A stretch of 64,000 nucleotides of DNA. It comes from Promethearchaeota archaeon (GTDB lineage: Archaea > Asgardarchaeota > Lokiarchaeia > Sigyniarchaeales > SOKP01). The notes below the pieces were generated by a model. That model ran no database searches, was not told the DNA's origin, and was given only the letters and a program-made list of their open reading frames with translations. The position numbers were made by a program, and so were the translations under genes. Below, in pieces: positions 39,571-49,371 of this stretch (its first letter is position 1; each line of letters starts with the position of its first letter). The stretch covers positions 1-64,000 of the forward strand of contig JAFGGO010000129.1 of NCBI GenBank assembly GCA_016930515.1. Direction: 5' to 3'.

Positions 39571-41646
39571 TTATTCCTTGTTATTTACACTGTGAATTTT
39601 AAAAGATTCTAATTTTCCATTCTTAATTATTATCTCCCTATACGCTCCCGCAGATTTATTATCTCCATAGCTTCCTAAACCCAAGGCAGGGGTTTGTACG
39701 ATAAAAGGGCCGTATTTAGCTATTTCTTTGGCATTGTTGTAAATTTCGGAATATAAATCGTGAAAAATGGCAGCAGGATTTTCAATCTTTTTTATAATGA
39801 AAGGAGGGGCGTCGTAAACCTTGGTTTTTTCACCTTGAGGATCGGCTAATCTGTATTCGTTTAATTTGTGAGTGTGCCCTGCTAATGTCAACACGGTATA
39901 ATCCTTACAAAATTCGATTAATTTTTCCCAATTCGTTGAAATAGTGCCATATTTCACATTAAACTTACCATCTATCCTTGCACTTGAATGTTTGTCCAAC
40001 TGCTTTCCGAAAAGTGTCTCCTTGAAATCGCTAATTTTCACCTTGATGTCTTTCTTTCCAATGATTTTTGATATTCTTTGGACTATATTGCGCTTTCCTC
40101 CCGTATTAATGGGAGGCCCGTGTAAAAACAAGAATATGTTATCTTCTCGAGTATAATACTTATTAATTATATTTTCAAGGAATTTGATTTGCTTGCTTGT
40201 GAGTCCCGTAACCGATGGATGCCCCGCCATAAAATCTCTAACATTTTTGTAGGCATCTGGTCCACTATTAAGAAATATGAAGATATTATTTCCTAATTTC
40301 ATTGAAAAATCCAATGAAGCATTTATTTCGGTCCAATACCCTCTTAAGGCATTATAACTTTTGGTTATCGCATCAATTGGAGAAGACAAAAACATATCAT
40401 TTAGTGAAATCGCTTCAAACGCGTTTAATCCCATTTTTTTGTACATTCCTCCCCAATTCAAGTCGTAACTCGAGACGCGAAAATCGTGGTTGCCTAAGAC
40501 TGTAATGATAGGGCAGAGAAGTTCTTCCCCTCTTGCTACTGCTAAATACTTTGGTTTTTCCTTAAAAGGGTAATTCGTTATTATATCTCTAAAAACTTGC
40601 CAATTAGTGTTTTCGTAGCTAAAATCTGCAGTTTTGAAGATTTTCTTAGTGATTCTACTTAATAAGGTATAATCGATTATATCTCCAGTTAATACTACAA
40701 AATCTAATTGATTCTGGCGCACTTTTTTATTCATTTGCTTAATAAATCTCCGAAATTGATTATTAGGGTTTATTAATCTCTTGATCAACGATTTTAAGTC
40801 AATATCATTCTTTTTTTCCGCATTAACAGTCTTATTTTTTAATTTCTTGGAATATTTGGTTAAAGATTTTTGAAACTTTTGCGTATTAACGGTTTGTGTC
40901 CATTTTTTAATGATACCGTAAATTTTATCGTTTCTTTCCGCTAAATGCAAATCAGTGGCGTGTACAAAACACATGTTTTTCCAATCGTTTTTTGAGATTA
41001 CAATTGAATGGTAGTTAATTCGCTTCTTATTGAGAGAAATATCGAACATCACGAACATACGATCTTTTAAAAAATCGAGTATTTCTTTAGTGAGTTCAAA
41101 TTCAATGGTGGCACCGTAAAACTTATAAGAATTACTTAACGCTCCGTGCTTAAATAAAAATCCTTGAGGAAAGAACATATCACGATCGAGATATTGCGGA
41201 TCGTTAATTTTAAGCGGGATCACTTCCTTAAAATCGTAGATATTAGGAACGATGAAATCTCCCCTAATAGCTCTTGTTCTTAATTTTTTTAATTGTTTTT
41301 CTATTGCACTTTCTGAAGCCAATTCTTTTTTAATTTTCTTTTTTGCAATTTTTGCTTTAATTCTCTTCCATATACTTTTTTTTTTCTCGTACTCCTTTGC
41401 TTTATTCAATAAATCCCTTAATTTCCATTTATATTCGAATATAGGAACTAGCGCAAGTGCGTTCCTTACAGAGTCTCGAAAGCTTTTTAGATCGTTAATA
41501 ATACTAGCAAACAAGATAGGTGCTTGAAAAGTTATTTTTTTTAGTTTTGAATCTATATTGACGAAATAAGGTCGTCCCAAGTTCGGATTGATGATGTATG
41601 TGGTATCCCCTGGAGCTGTTTTATCGAATTTCTTTTTTGGAATCAT
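39571..41646 (-). CDS. Calcineurin-like metallophosphoesterase
   Basis: TDLH, TGDIID, LGNHD, LHGPP, AGHTH. Confidence 0.88.
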   Translation of the reverse strand: MIPKKKFDKTAPGDTTYIINPNLGRPYFVNIDSKLKKITFQAPILFASIINDLKSFRDSVRNALALVPIFEYKWKLRDLLNKAKEYEKKKSIWKRIKAKIAKKKIKKELASESAIEKQLKKLRTRAIRGDFIVPNIYDFKEVIPLKINDPQYLDRDMFFPQGFLFKHGALSNSYKFYGATIEFELTKEILDFLKDRMFVMFDISLNKKRINYHSIVISKNDWKNMCFVHATDLHLAERNDKIYGIIKKWTQTVNTQKFQKSLTKYSKKLKNKTVNAEKKNDIDLKSLIKRLINPNNQFRRFIKQMNKKVRQNQLDFVVLTGDIIDYTLLSRITKKIFKTADFSYENTNWQVFRDIITNYPFKEKPKYLAVARGEELLCPIITVLGNHDFRVSSYDLNWGGMYKKMGLNAFEAISLNDMFLSSPIDAITKSYNALRGYWTEINASLDFSMKLGNNIFIFLNSGPDAYKNVRDFMAGHPSVTGLTSKQIKFLENIINKYYTREDNIFLFLHGPPINTGGKRNIVQRISKIIGKKDIKVKISDFKETLFGKQLDKHSSARIDGKFNVKYGTISTNWEKLIEFCKDYTVLTLAGHTHKLNEYRLADPQGEKTKVYDAPPFIIKKIENPAAIFHDLYSEIYNNAKEIAKYGPFIVQTPALGLGSYGDNKSAGAYREIIIKNGKLESFKIHSVNNKE

Positions 41647-41780
41647 GAGACTTTACTTACCAAACGAAATATGACTAGAAGTTAATATTTGTTTATTTAA
41701 CAAGAGAACTAGCATAAAAAGATATTGAATTTAAAAAAATTTTGCGAATGGTTCAGAATTTATGTGATATGTGTAAGAAG

Positions 41781-42053
41781 TTAATCGCTGGAAAGATTCA
41801 CGAATATAACATTATCCCCGCGGATGATAACCGTGCCTAATTGTTCGTGCTCTTCTTTAATGTTTCCTTCTTCGTCTTGATATTCAAATATTTGGGAGGC
41901 GTCTTCCAAGAAAAGGTTCAAATGCTCGTCAAATCCGGATAACTTGCCCCTAAACAGCCTGTTCCTTTTAATCTTGATCAAAATCGTCTTGGTGACCGAA
42001 TTTCTCAAGTAATCGATCGGTCGGTTAGGTTTATTATGTTGTCGTCTTTCCAT
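41781..42053 (-). CDS. Sm/Lsm-like RNA-binding protein
   Basis: RP...GKLSGFDEHLNLFL...IIRGDNVIFV (Sm1/Sm2 motifs). Confidence 0.95.
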   Translation of the reverse strand: MERRQHNKPNRPIDYLRNSVTKTILIKIKRNRLFRGKLSGFDEHLNLFLEDASQIFEYQDEEGNIKEEHEQLGTVIIRGDNVIFVNLSSD

Positions 42054-42180
42054 ACTTTATAACACTAAAATAATAATTGTTTTAAAAAAAATTCTATAAT
42101 TAAATACTTTCTAAAATCTAATTAAAACCTTTTGATTTATCAAGCACTAATTATTATATTCAGAAAAAAAGTGAAAACGA

Positions 42181-42330
42181 ATGTCAGAAGAAGAAGATAA
42201 TAAAACAGTCACCTGTTGCGTGAAGAACTGTCAAAAAGAAATACTCCTTAAAAACGCCATCGTCATAAATGGAAAGTACTTTTGTGGCACATGTGGAGTT
42301 GCCTATTACAGAAGCGCGTTAAATTTATAA
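42181..42330 (+). CDS. 49-aa zinc-finger micro-protein (not in the ORF track)
   Basis: MSEEEDNKTVTCCVKNCQKEILLKNAIVINGKYFCGTCGVAYYRSALNL*; divergent from lsm. Confidence 0.7.
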   Translation: MSEEEDNKTVTCCVKNCQKEILLKNAIVINGKYFCGTCGVAYYRSALNL

Positions 42331-42479
42331 CAATACTTTCTAATTTTATAATTTGCTCTCTCAAAATATGATTTAATATTGTGTTTATTTTTATAATACA
42401 GAGGGTTTTATATGTCCTGAAAAGGAGGTGAACTTTTATTCCATGTTATCTTTTATAGATCATGCATCTTACATGCTAA

Positions 42480-42601
42480 AGGCCCGTGGCGAAGCATGGA
42501 TATCGCGGCAGCCTCCTATGCTATAAGCTGGAGAGAGCTGAAGATCGGGGGTTCAATTGTTAAAAAACTTCTTTTTAATTGAACACATCCCCTCGGGCCT
42601 G
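42480..42601 (+). tRNA. tRNA-Arg(CCU) with two introns (42519-42535 at 37/38; 42557-42586 at 58/59)
   Basis: Acceptor AGGCCCG/CGGGCCT, D stem GCGA/TCGC, anticodon CCT at 42515-42517, T arm GGGGG-TTCAA^AT-CCCCT; both inserts form BHB-type junctions; no encoded CCA. Confidence 0.9.
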
Positions 42602-42681
42602 CTCTTTAAATCATTCCTTAAAATAGGGTAAATAAGTCATTTAATATACATTATATATCGAATTAATATAGTAGTATAAGA

Positions 42682-43002
42682 CTAATAATACCACCAAAAT
42701 GAATCAAAAAAAATAAAAAATATAATGAATAAGAAAAACAAGCAAAAACAACAACAACCAATCCCTTTTTGTCCATTTCGAGAAGAAGACGTGCGAGGGG
42801 TCGTATTAATTACATTAGTTTCTCGCTTGATATTATTTGCTTGAGTTTTTAAAAAGTTAATTTCTTGCTTGATAACATCGATTTCGCTTGTATCGTTTTT
42901 ATTCTTACTTTGTACTTCTTCTTTTGGTAGAAGTTCTCCGCATAATTCGCAATATTTTTGGGTAGGATCGCGAATTTCGCTTCCACAGGATGGACAAAAC
43001 AT
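42682..43002 (-). CDS. Zinc-ribbon membrane protein
   Basis: FCPSCG...YCELCG; C-terminal Cys-rich TM helix. Confidence 0.75.
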   Translation of the reverse strand: MFCPSCGSEIRDPTQKYCELCGELLPKEEVQSKNKNDTSEIDVIKQEINFLKTQANNIKRETNVINTTPRTSSSRNGQKGIGCCCFCLFFLFIIFFIFFDSFWWYY

Positions 43003-43201
43003 CGTAATATATATCTCTCTTGACTAATTTTTTTATTCTTTTATCGCATTTAAACTTATACATATAATTTCTTTAGTAAGGCGCTATTAGCAGATAATAA
43101 ATAAAAAAGCAATGCACAAGAGGGATTCTCCAAAGTTATAAAAAATATTAGTTTTATGAAATCAATGATAATCTATTTATTCCAACAACAAGAGCGCAAA
43201 A

Positions 43202-44173
43202 TTATTTAAAACCGTTGTCTGGTGTTTTTTTTATTCTCGCTTGAGTCCTACTGAGTAAGAGCGTGGCAATGAAAATGAGGATTATACCGATCAAGAATAA
43301 GGGTAAATTCAATATTTTTTGATAAAAAACTATAAATCCACCGATAATAGGCACGATTAAATTGATACTAGTTTGTATTGGCCATAGAACAACTGCCTTT
43401 CCCTTTTGCATTCCATTGTTTTGATATATAATTCCAATAAAATTAAAAGCAATTAATCCATAAAATCCTAAAAATGCCCATAAATGAGAGTGTTCAAACC
43501 AAAAGACGCCAAATAAGACTTCTGCCCACCCAAAAGGAGAAAGCATGTTTATTGAAGCGTCAACATATGCCTGCGCTAAAATGTTCCCAAAAAGGCCTCC
43601 AAGACTGAATAATAATCCCGCAACGATGATTTTAAATAAGCTAGCTATATTTTTTTCTTTTAGTTTTTTGCCAATGAGGATGCTAATAATAACGATTAAA
43701 GAAATAACAAGGAGAAAAATCAGAAGTGGCAGGATAAAAGAATATAAATTAATATATGCGCTGGAAATTTCTGAAAGAGCAATTAGAACGGTTGAAAAAA
43801 TCAAAAGCGCAATTGCTGCAATCTCGATGAGAGTTATTTTTTCATGCAACATTCTATTTGCACAAATAACCATGACAATTAGTCCAACATTTTGGAGAGG
43901 TTGAACGATGATAATACCAACGAAACCTTGGGCAATAACATATGGAATCCATCCAGCTATGCCTAAGATAAAACCAATCGTCCAAGATTTGTTTCGAAAA
44001 TACTTGATAAAGCTTGAACTAAATGCACTCACACCTCCTTGGAGGTCAAGTTCTGGAAGTCCGTCCATCAGGCCTTTTTTTTGTAAGGCGACTCCAATAT
44101 TGACCATGCAAGTAGCTAAAATTGCTAGCGAAATCCCCAGAAAGATCGTTTCTATTTCCACCACGATTCCCAA
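43202..44173 (-). CDS. DMT-superfamily (NIPA-like) membrane transporter
   Basis: NIGVALQKKG, W.IG, IVQPL, LHEK; about 9-10 TM helices. Confidence 0.75.
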   Translation of the reverse strand: MGIVVEIETIFLGISLAILATCMVNIGVALQKKGLMDGLPELDLQGGVSAFSSSFIKYFRNKSWTIGFILGIAGWIPYVIAQGFVGIIIVQPLQNVGLIVMVICANRMLHEKITLIEIAAIALLIFSTVLIALSEISSAYINLYSFILPLLIFLLVISLIVIISILIGKKLKEKNIASLFKIIVAGLLFSLGGLFGNILAQAYVDASINMLSPFGWAEVLFGVFWFEHSHLWAFLGFYGLIAFNFIGIIYQNNGMQKGKAVVLWPIQTSINLIVPIIGGFIVFYQKILNLPLFLIGIILIFIATLLLSRTQARIKKTPDNGFK

Positions 44174-44274
44174 GCGTTTACAAGTGAATTATTCTATAAA
44201 TTACTAGATAAATAGTCTTGGTGTAGATAAATTAAAAATTATTTGAAAATTAATAACTTTAAATTTTATTTGGA

Positions 44275-44979
44275 CTATAATAAGATTTTCAAACCTTTAG
44301 ATTCCTTGTTGATAATGGAACTGGGGATAAACGAAATCTTGTTTTTAAACAACTTCAAGAGCTTTAAGGAAGGAATTTTACACACAAACGGGGGAATTTC
44401 CCCAAGTAAATTAAAGCTTAGATCGATATCTTCGAGAGCAATTAAATTAACAATGCTTAATGGTAGTTGTTCTATTTTATTACCAATTAAATCAATACTT
44501 CTTAACATTTTCAATGAACCGAAATATTCGGGAATCTCGGATATATTGTTCCATGCTAAGTTTAATACAGCTAAATGATCTAGCTCAGAAAGATATTCAG
44601 GAATTTCATTCAATCCAATCTTATAGAGCCCCAATCCGGTAATCCTTTTCTTTTCTATTACAACCCCTACAGTGTTAAAATTGATTTTTCGAACAATGGG
44701 TAATTCCAAGTTTAATTTAGATTCCAAAAATTTCATAACTTCAGCATCTCCTCCATTAATTTCGTTTTTTATAAGTGTGTTAGTCTGATTCCTATAAATC
44801 TCGTCATAACACAAGCAACAATAAAATTCTAATGATGTGTTCTCCCATAGTTCGACTCGACGAGAAACTGAAATGAATCGGTTTCTGAAACAAAAATCCT
44901 TGAAATTTATTGGTTTCTTACAGCGAAAGCATAAACGACTCTTAGTTTGTATATCGATCTCTTGAAATCTAAAATCCAT
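44275..44979 (-). CDS. Zn-finger + leucine-rich-repeat protein
   Basis: CFRC...YCCLCY; LxxLxLxxNxIxxIP repeats. Confidence 0.85.
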   Translation of the reverse strand: MDFRFQEIDIQTKSRLCFRCKKPINFKDFCFRNRFISVSRRVELWENTSLEFYCCLCYDEIYRNQTNTLIKNEINGGDAEVMKFLESKLNLELPIVRKINFNTVGVVIEKKRITGLGLYKIGLNEIPEYLSELDHLAVLNLAWNNISEIPEYFGSLKMLRSIDLIGNKIEQLPLSIVNLIALEDIDLSFNLLGEIPPFVCKIPSLKLLKLFKNKISFIPSSIINKESKGLKILL

Positions 44980-45137
44980 TTCTAATATTGAGGTGTTTTT
45001 AAGATGATTATTGGGGAAACCATTTAAAAATATAATCTTTATCTTTTAAAAAATCAAAAATTCATGACAAGTATAAAGGAAAAGAAAGAAAAAATAAATA
45101 ATTGGTATTGAAAGCTCTTTTTTTGCTTTATCGAGCT

Positions 45138-45359
45138 TTAGATCAATTTCATTGCCAAGTCCATGTCTTTAGAGGTGAGTTTCTTTCTCGATGCGTGTCG
45201 GGTCATTTCTAAAGCTTTGTTAGTGACTCCTTTCGCTAATTTCTCTAAATAGTCGATTAAAGCGTCAACTGCTTCTCGAGCAACCATCTCAGCTCCAAAG
45301 TCTTTCATTAATTTTCTGACTGGACTCCAAGCAAATACTTTTTTTGCCATATTTTTCAT
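45138..45359 (-). CDS. Archaeal histone
   Basis: PVRKLMK..GAEMVAREA...ALEMTRHASRKKLTSKDM histone fold; GGAGG SD upstream. Confidence 0.92.
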   Translation of the reverse strand: MKNMAKKVFAWSPVRKLMKDFGAEMVAREAVDALIDYLEKLAKGVTNKALEMTRHASRKKLTSKDMDLAMKLI

Positions 45360-45898
45360 TCCTCCACTTATATTATATAATTTTTTTACAGTTTATGTCT
45401 TACAATTTAAACCGTATTAAGTAATATTACTTCTTTCAAATATTTAAAGATTGCGTATTTTTCCCGAAACCAATTGATTGGGTTAATAATTTCGACCCGT
45501 CGACAAAATTGCGATGTCTAATGAGACAACTCGGAAAAGAGGGTGTGAGCCCTCTCCTCAGAGATCTCTAAATAACTCTCAGGAAAAGTGCGTTAACCAT
45601 TACCCTTTCTAACTGAACTCCTATGATGGAGTTATTGTTTATAAAAGGAAGTATGAATTTTACATTGTAGAAGACATTTATTTGATTTATCCTTATTTTA
45701 GAATTAAAATTCCAAATAAAGTTCAAGATATTTTTAGGCTTGTGGATCAATTTAAAGCCCTGATCCTTGGGTGATTGCGATGTTCTGAAGAATTTATAAT
45801 AGTTCCAAAAAAAAAAAACTAATATTTATTTTTTGAATAAAAAACTATAAGATCTTCTAACGGAAGAATTAATATTCAATTCTAAATAATTTACAGTT

Positions 45899-46963
45899 AT
45901 GAAGAAAATTATTTCGATTTGTAAGGGAGACGGCGTGGGACCAGAAGTCGTAAACGAGGGAATTAAACTTTTAAAAGTTATCGCCGATCACTCGGATTTT
46001 GAATTTGAATTTCAAGAAGCCCCAGCAGGTGGCTCGATATGGAAAGAAACAGGGGAGAGTCTTCCCGAAAAATCGTTCGAGATAATTAAAAATTCAGACG
46101 CATTACTATTCGGAGCTATTGGCATTCCTGGCCTACCACAAGGTATTGCCGAATCAGCCATACTGAAGATAAGGCAAGGACTCGATCTTTACATTAATTT
46201 ACGACCAATTAAATTATATGATGCTCTAAGAGATCGATGTCCTTTGAAAGATGAATTTATAGGAAAAGGAATAGATATAACCTTCGTTCGAGAAAATACC
46301 GAAGGAATATACAAAAACATAGGTTATTTGAAAGAAGAAGAGGCACAGAATGTGATGTTATATACCAGAATAGGTTGCGAAAGAATCATCAAATACGCCT
46401 ATGAATTTGCTAAAAAAAACGGCCATTCTAAGGTCACATCTGTTGACAAGGCAAATATATTAAAAACATCCCAATTATGGCGCAGTATCTTTCACGCCAT
46501 GGCAGTTCAATATCCCGATCTAAAGACCGAAGATATTTACATTGACGCTTTCTGTCAATGGCTTATAAGGGCACCTTATTCTTATGAAACCGTCGTTACT
46601 GAAAACATGTTTGGAGACATCATCAGCGACGAGGGAGCTTTTTTGATTGGGAGCTTGGGTATGGCGTCTAGCGGAAACATTCATCCAGGAAAAGTATCAA
46701 TGTACGAGCCTATCCACGGTTCTGCTCCGGACATTGCGGGAAAAGGGATCGCAAATCCAATAGGTACCTTATTAAGCGTGAAGCTCATGATTCAAGAATC
46801 CTTTGGACAAGAAGCAATTGGAAACGAGATTGAAAATGCCGTTGAGGACACGTTAAACGAAGGTCGAACGATCGATATTAAAAACGACGCACTCAAAACG
46901 CTTTCAACTCACGAAATGGGAAATTTAATATCGGAAAAACTAAGGGACCGACTTAAAAAATAA
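45899..46963 (+). CDS. leuB: 3-isopropylmalate dehydrogenase (isocitrate/isopropylmalate family)
   Basis: GDGVGPEV, RENTEG, DKANI, ENMFGDIISD, YEPIHGSAPDIAGKGIANP. Confidence 0.85.
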   Translation: MKKIISICKGDGVGPEVVNEGIKLLKVIADHSDFEFEFQEAPAGGSIWKETGESLPEKSFEIIKNSDALLFGAIGIPGLPQGIAESAILKIRQGLDLYINLRPIKLYDALRDRCPLKDEFIGKGIDITFVRENTEGIYKNIGYLKEEEAQNVMLYTRIGCERIIKYAYEFAKKNGHSKVTSVDKANILKTSQLWRSIFHAMAVQYPDLKTEDIYIDAFCQWLIRAPYSYETVVTENMFGDIISDEGAFLIGSLGMASSGNIHPGKVSMYEPIHGSAPDIAGKGIANPIGTLLSVKLMIQESFGQEAIGNEIENAVEDTLNEGRTIDIKNDALKTLSTHEMGNLISEKLRDRLKK

Positions 46964-46983
46964 AAATATTAGATTCGGTAGAA

Positions 46984-48549
46984 TCACATCTTTATCGAGG
47001 AAAGCATTATCTGAAGTTCATCAAATATTTCAAGTCTATACTCACCACCTATTTTGAAAAACAAGACCGAGACCATTTTGTTTTCCAACAAATAATTAAC
47101 ATTCATTTCCTCCATTAAGATGGACCAATCCGCGCGCTCAGAGACTCGAATCCCGATGAGGACGACTTTATTTTCTCGGATGGTTTTGATGACATCAATC
47201 ACTATATCCTTCCAAAACGGATCGATATGGGCTCTTTGTCGAGCATCAAAAATGCAAAGCACGCCATCATCATCCGGAGTGATGCGATAATTTTTATAAA
47301 GATAATTTTTTAAGGTCAAGCCGTTAATGTATTCGTATATTTTTTCTTCTTTAGAGTCCCTAACTTTTGCGTATTTTCCTAATTGGGGTATTTCTGTTAA
47401 AACTTGCAAACCAGGGCTCCAAAAAGGATTCTCAGCAATAAAGACGAGTGATAAACTGAATTTATCATCAAGTATGCTCTTTATTTGATTCGTCAACCCC
47501 TCTTTCAAGCGGTCTTCCTCTCTTTCCTTGCTTTTCATGATGTGGTGGTACGATATCAAGTTGAAGGCGTCTTCAATGTTCTCACCAGACAAGGCGCTTG
47601 TTTCTATGTAAGATATTTGCTTTGATTGTTGATGGGATAATAATGCCGCCTTATCTGCACCCTCTCCCTTACTAACTTGCCTTTCTTTTTCCAAATCCGT
47701 CTTATTCCCTATGATTATTATGGAAAGATCCCTGTTTTCTATAAAGTCGTTCAACTCATCCAACCAAAGTTCTATATTGTCAAAAGTTTGTCTATTAGTT
47801 ATATCAAACACTAAAAATGCCGCTTGAGCGCCCATATAATATGTTTTTCTAAAGCGCTTGAAATACTTTTGTGCTCCTATGTCCCAAAGCGATAAACTAA
47901 TTTTATTCGAGAAAGCTTCAAAATCGTGCGATAAGATATTTAAACCAATGGTTGCTCTATAATCATGCGAAAACCTATCTTCTACGAATCTTCTAACTAT
48001 AGAGGTCTTTCCCACCTCATGATCACCCAATATGATAAACTTAAACCTATATATACCACCCGATTCAAGCCTAAGCTGGTATACTTGGTGTTTTAGCCGT
48101 TCTGATTCGACACTAGCGTAGTCAAAATTAGGAAGTATGATTTGGATGACTTCATTGTCTTCAGCGTTTAATATTTGAGCAACTTTTTCAGCCAAAAAAA
48201 AAGCATAAGGACTGAACTTGTCGATAGACGCCATATTATCGATGACCAGACTGAGTGTAATACTTTCGTCAACGGAAATGAACAATAACCTATGATTATC
48301 AGTATCAAAAGAAGCGTTCCCAAATTTTCTAAAGGAAAATTCGTCTCTTATTCGTTCTAAAATGGGATTGACAATTGCCGTGAGAACGGACACTATCTCC
48401 AGATCGATGTCGGCTCGTTTTTCTCCAGAAATAATGAGACCATCCTTATCAGAGACGATTATGGCTTGTATTTCTTGATTAACTTCGATAAAATTTTGAC
48501 TCAAGTTCGAAAGCAGAACTTCTCTGTGCACACTCAAATATGTTCCCAA
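46984..48549 (-). CDS. Roadblock domain + Rab-like small GTPase + degenerate C-terminal G-domain-like region
   Basis: AIIVSDKDGLII roadblock; GDHEVGKT, ATIG, WDIGAQ, GNKTD, ETSAL. Confidence 0.88.
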   Translation of the reverse strand: MGTYLSVHREVLLSNLSQNFIEVNQEIQAIIVSDKDGLIISGEKRADIDLEIVSVLTAIVNPILERIRDEFSFRKFGNASFDTDNHRLLFISVDESITLSLVIDNMASIDKFSPYAFFLAEKVAQILNAEDNEVIQIILPNFDYASVESERLKHQVYQLRLESGGIYRFKFIILGDHEVGKTSIVRRFVEDRFSHDYRATIGLNILSHDFEAFSNKISLSLWDIGAQKYFKRFRKTYYMGAQAAFLVFDITNRQTFDNIELWLDELNDFIENRDLSIIIIGNKTDLEKERQVSKGEGADKAALLSHQQSKQISYIETSALSGENIEDAFNLISYHHIMKSKEREEDRLKEGLTNQIKSILDDKFSLSLVFIAENPFWSPGLQVLTEIPQLGKYAKVRDSKEEKIYEYINGLTLKNYLYKNYRITPDDDGVLCIFDARQRAHIDPFWKDIVIDVIKTIRENKVVLIGIRVSERADWSILMEEMNVNYLLENKMVSVLFFKIGGEYRLEIFDELQIMLSSIKM

Positions 48550-48730
48550 TAAAAATTATTTTGTATCAATAATAAAAAATCTTACTTTTAAACATATTTT
48601 TATATTGTAATTTTTATTACTAATAAAATAAGCTACAAACAAGAAACTATATATGTGAAATTTTAAGGAAAAACTGGTTTCCATCGAGCTTAATCTTACG
48701 AATACTCCCACTAACTCAATAAATCAGACC

Positions 48731-49306
48731 ATGAAGTGTTTAATCTGCCATAAAAACATCTTAGACTTGAGCCACAAGGTGGATTGCCCCAATAATCACT
48801 CCGTTCACTTGGAATGCCTTGAAGAATGGTTCACTCATTCGAAAAGTTGTCCACTTTGTAGCATGCCATATTCTGATTCTACTATAAGCGAATTTCAACA
48901 TTATTTCGATAAAAAAAAAGATGAAAGGCAACAGGCGTTAAATAAACAGATAAAGCAAAAAGAATTATCAGAAATCGAAAAAATTGCAGAAAACATAAAA
49001 TTCAAGAAATTTCTCGAAATCATCAAAAAACTTGAACTAGAAAAAAAATATGTGGACGCTTTAGACAAGTTAAATTCCGTTACGGAAAAAGTTGAAGAAG
49101 ATAATAAATTTACTTTCATGTTTTTAAAGGGAAAACTAAATTATCTCCGGGGTCGATACGACATGGCTATTAATTTCTTGTTCAAGCTAGTAAAGGAAAA
49201 ATTCGATTATCCAGACGCCTTTTTATATTTAGGTAAGGCGTATGAAGAACTAGGATTAAAAGACAAGGCTCAATGGGCGTTTGATCGGGTACCAAAAAAC
49301 GATTGA
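48731..49306 (+). CDS. RING-H2 finger + TPR protein (putative E3 ligase)
   Basis: CLIC...CPNNHSVHLECLEEW...CPLC; C-terminal TPRs (AFLYLGKAYEELG). Confidence 0.85.
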   Translation: MKCLICHKNILDLSHKVDCPNNHSVHLECLEEWFTHSKSCPLCSMPYSDSTISEFQHYFDKKKDERQQALNKQIKQKELSEIEKIAENIKFKKFLEIIKKLELEKKYVDALDKLNSVTEKVEEDNKFTFMFLKGKLNYLRGRYDMAINFLFKLVKEKFDYPDAFLYLGKAYEELGLKDKAQWAFDRVPKND

Positions 49307-49371
49307 AATTATTTATTTATGATTAAAATCACGTGAATATCTTTTTCTTTCATGCTTTCATTTGGTAAAGT

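Noticed and set aside
45521-45570. SECIS element
   Set aside because: An AUGA is present but there is no matching 3' GA for the quartet, and no adjacent same-strand gene has an in-frame UGA.
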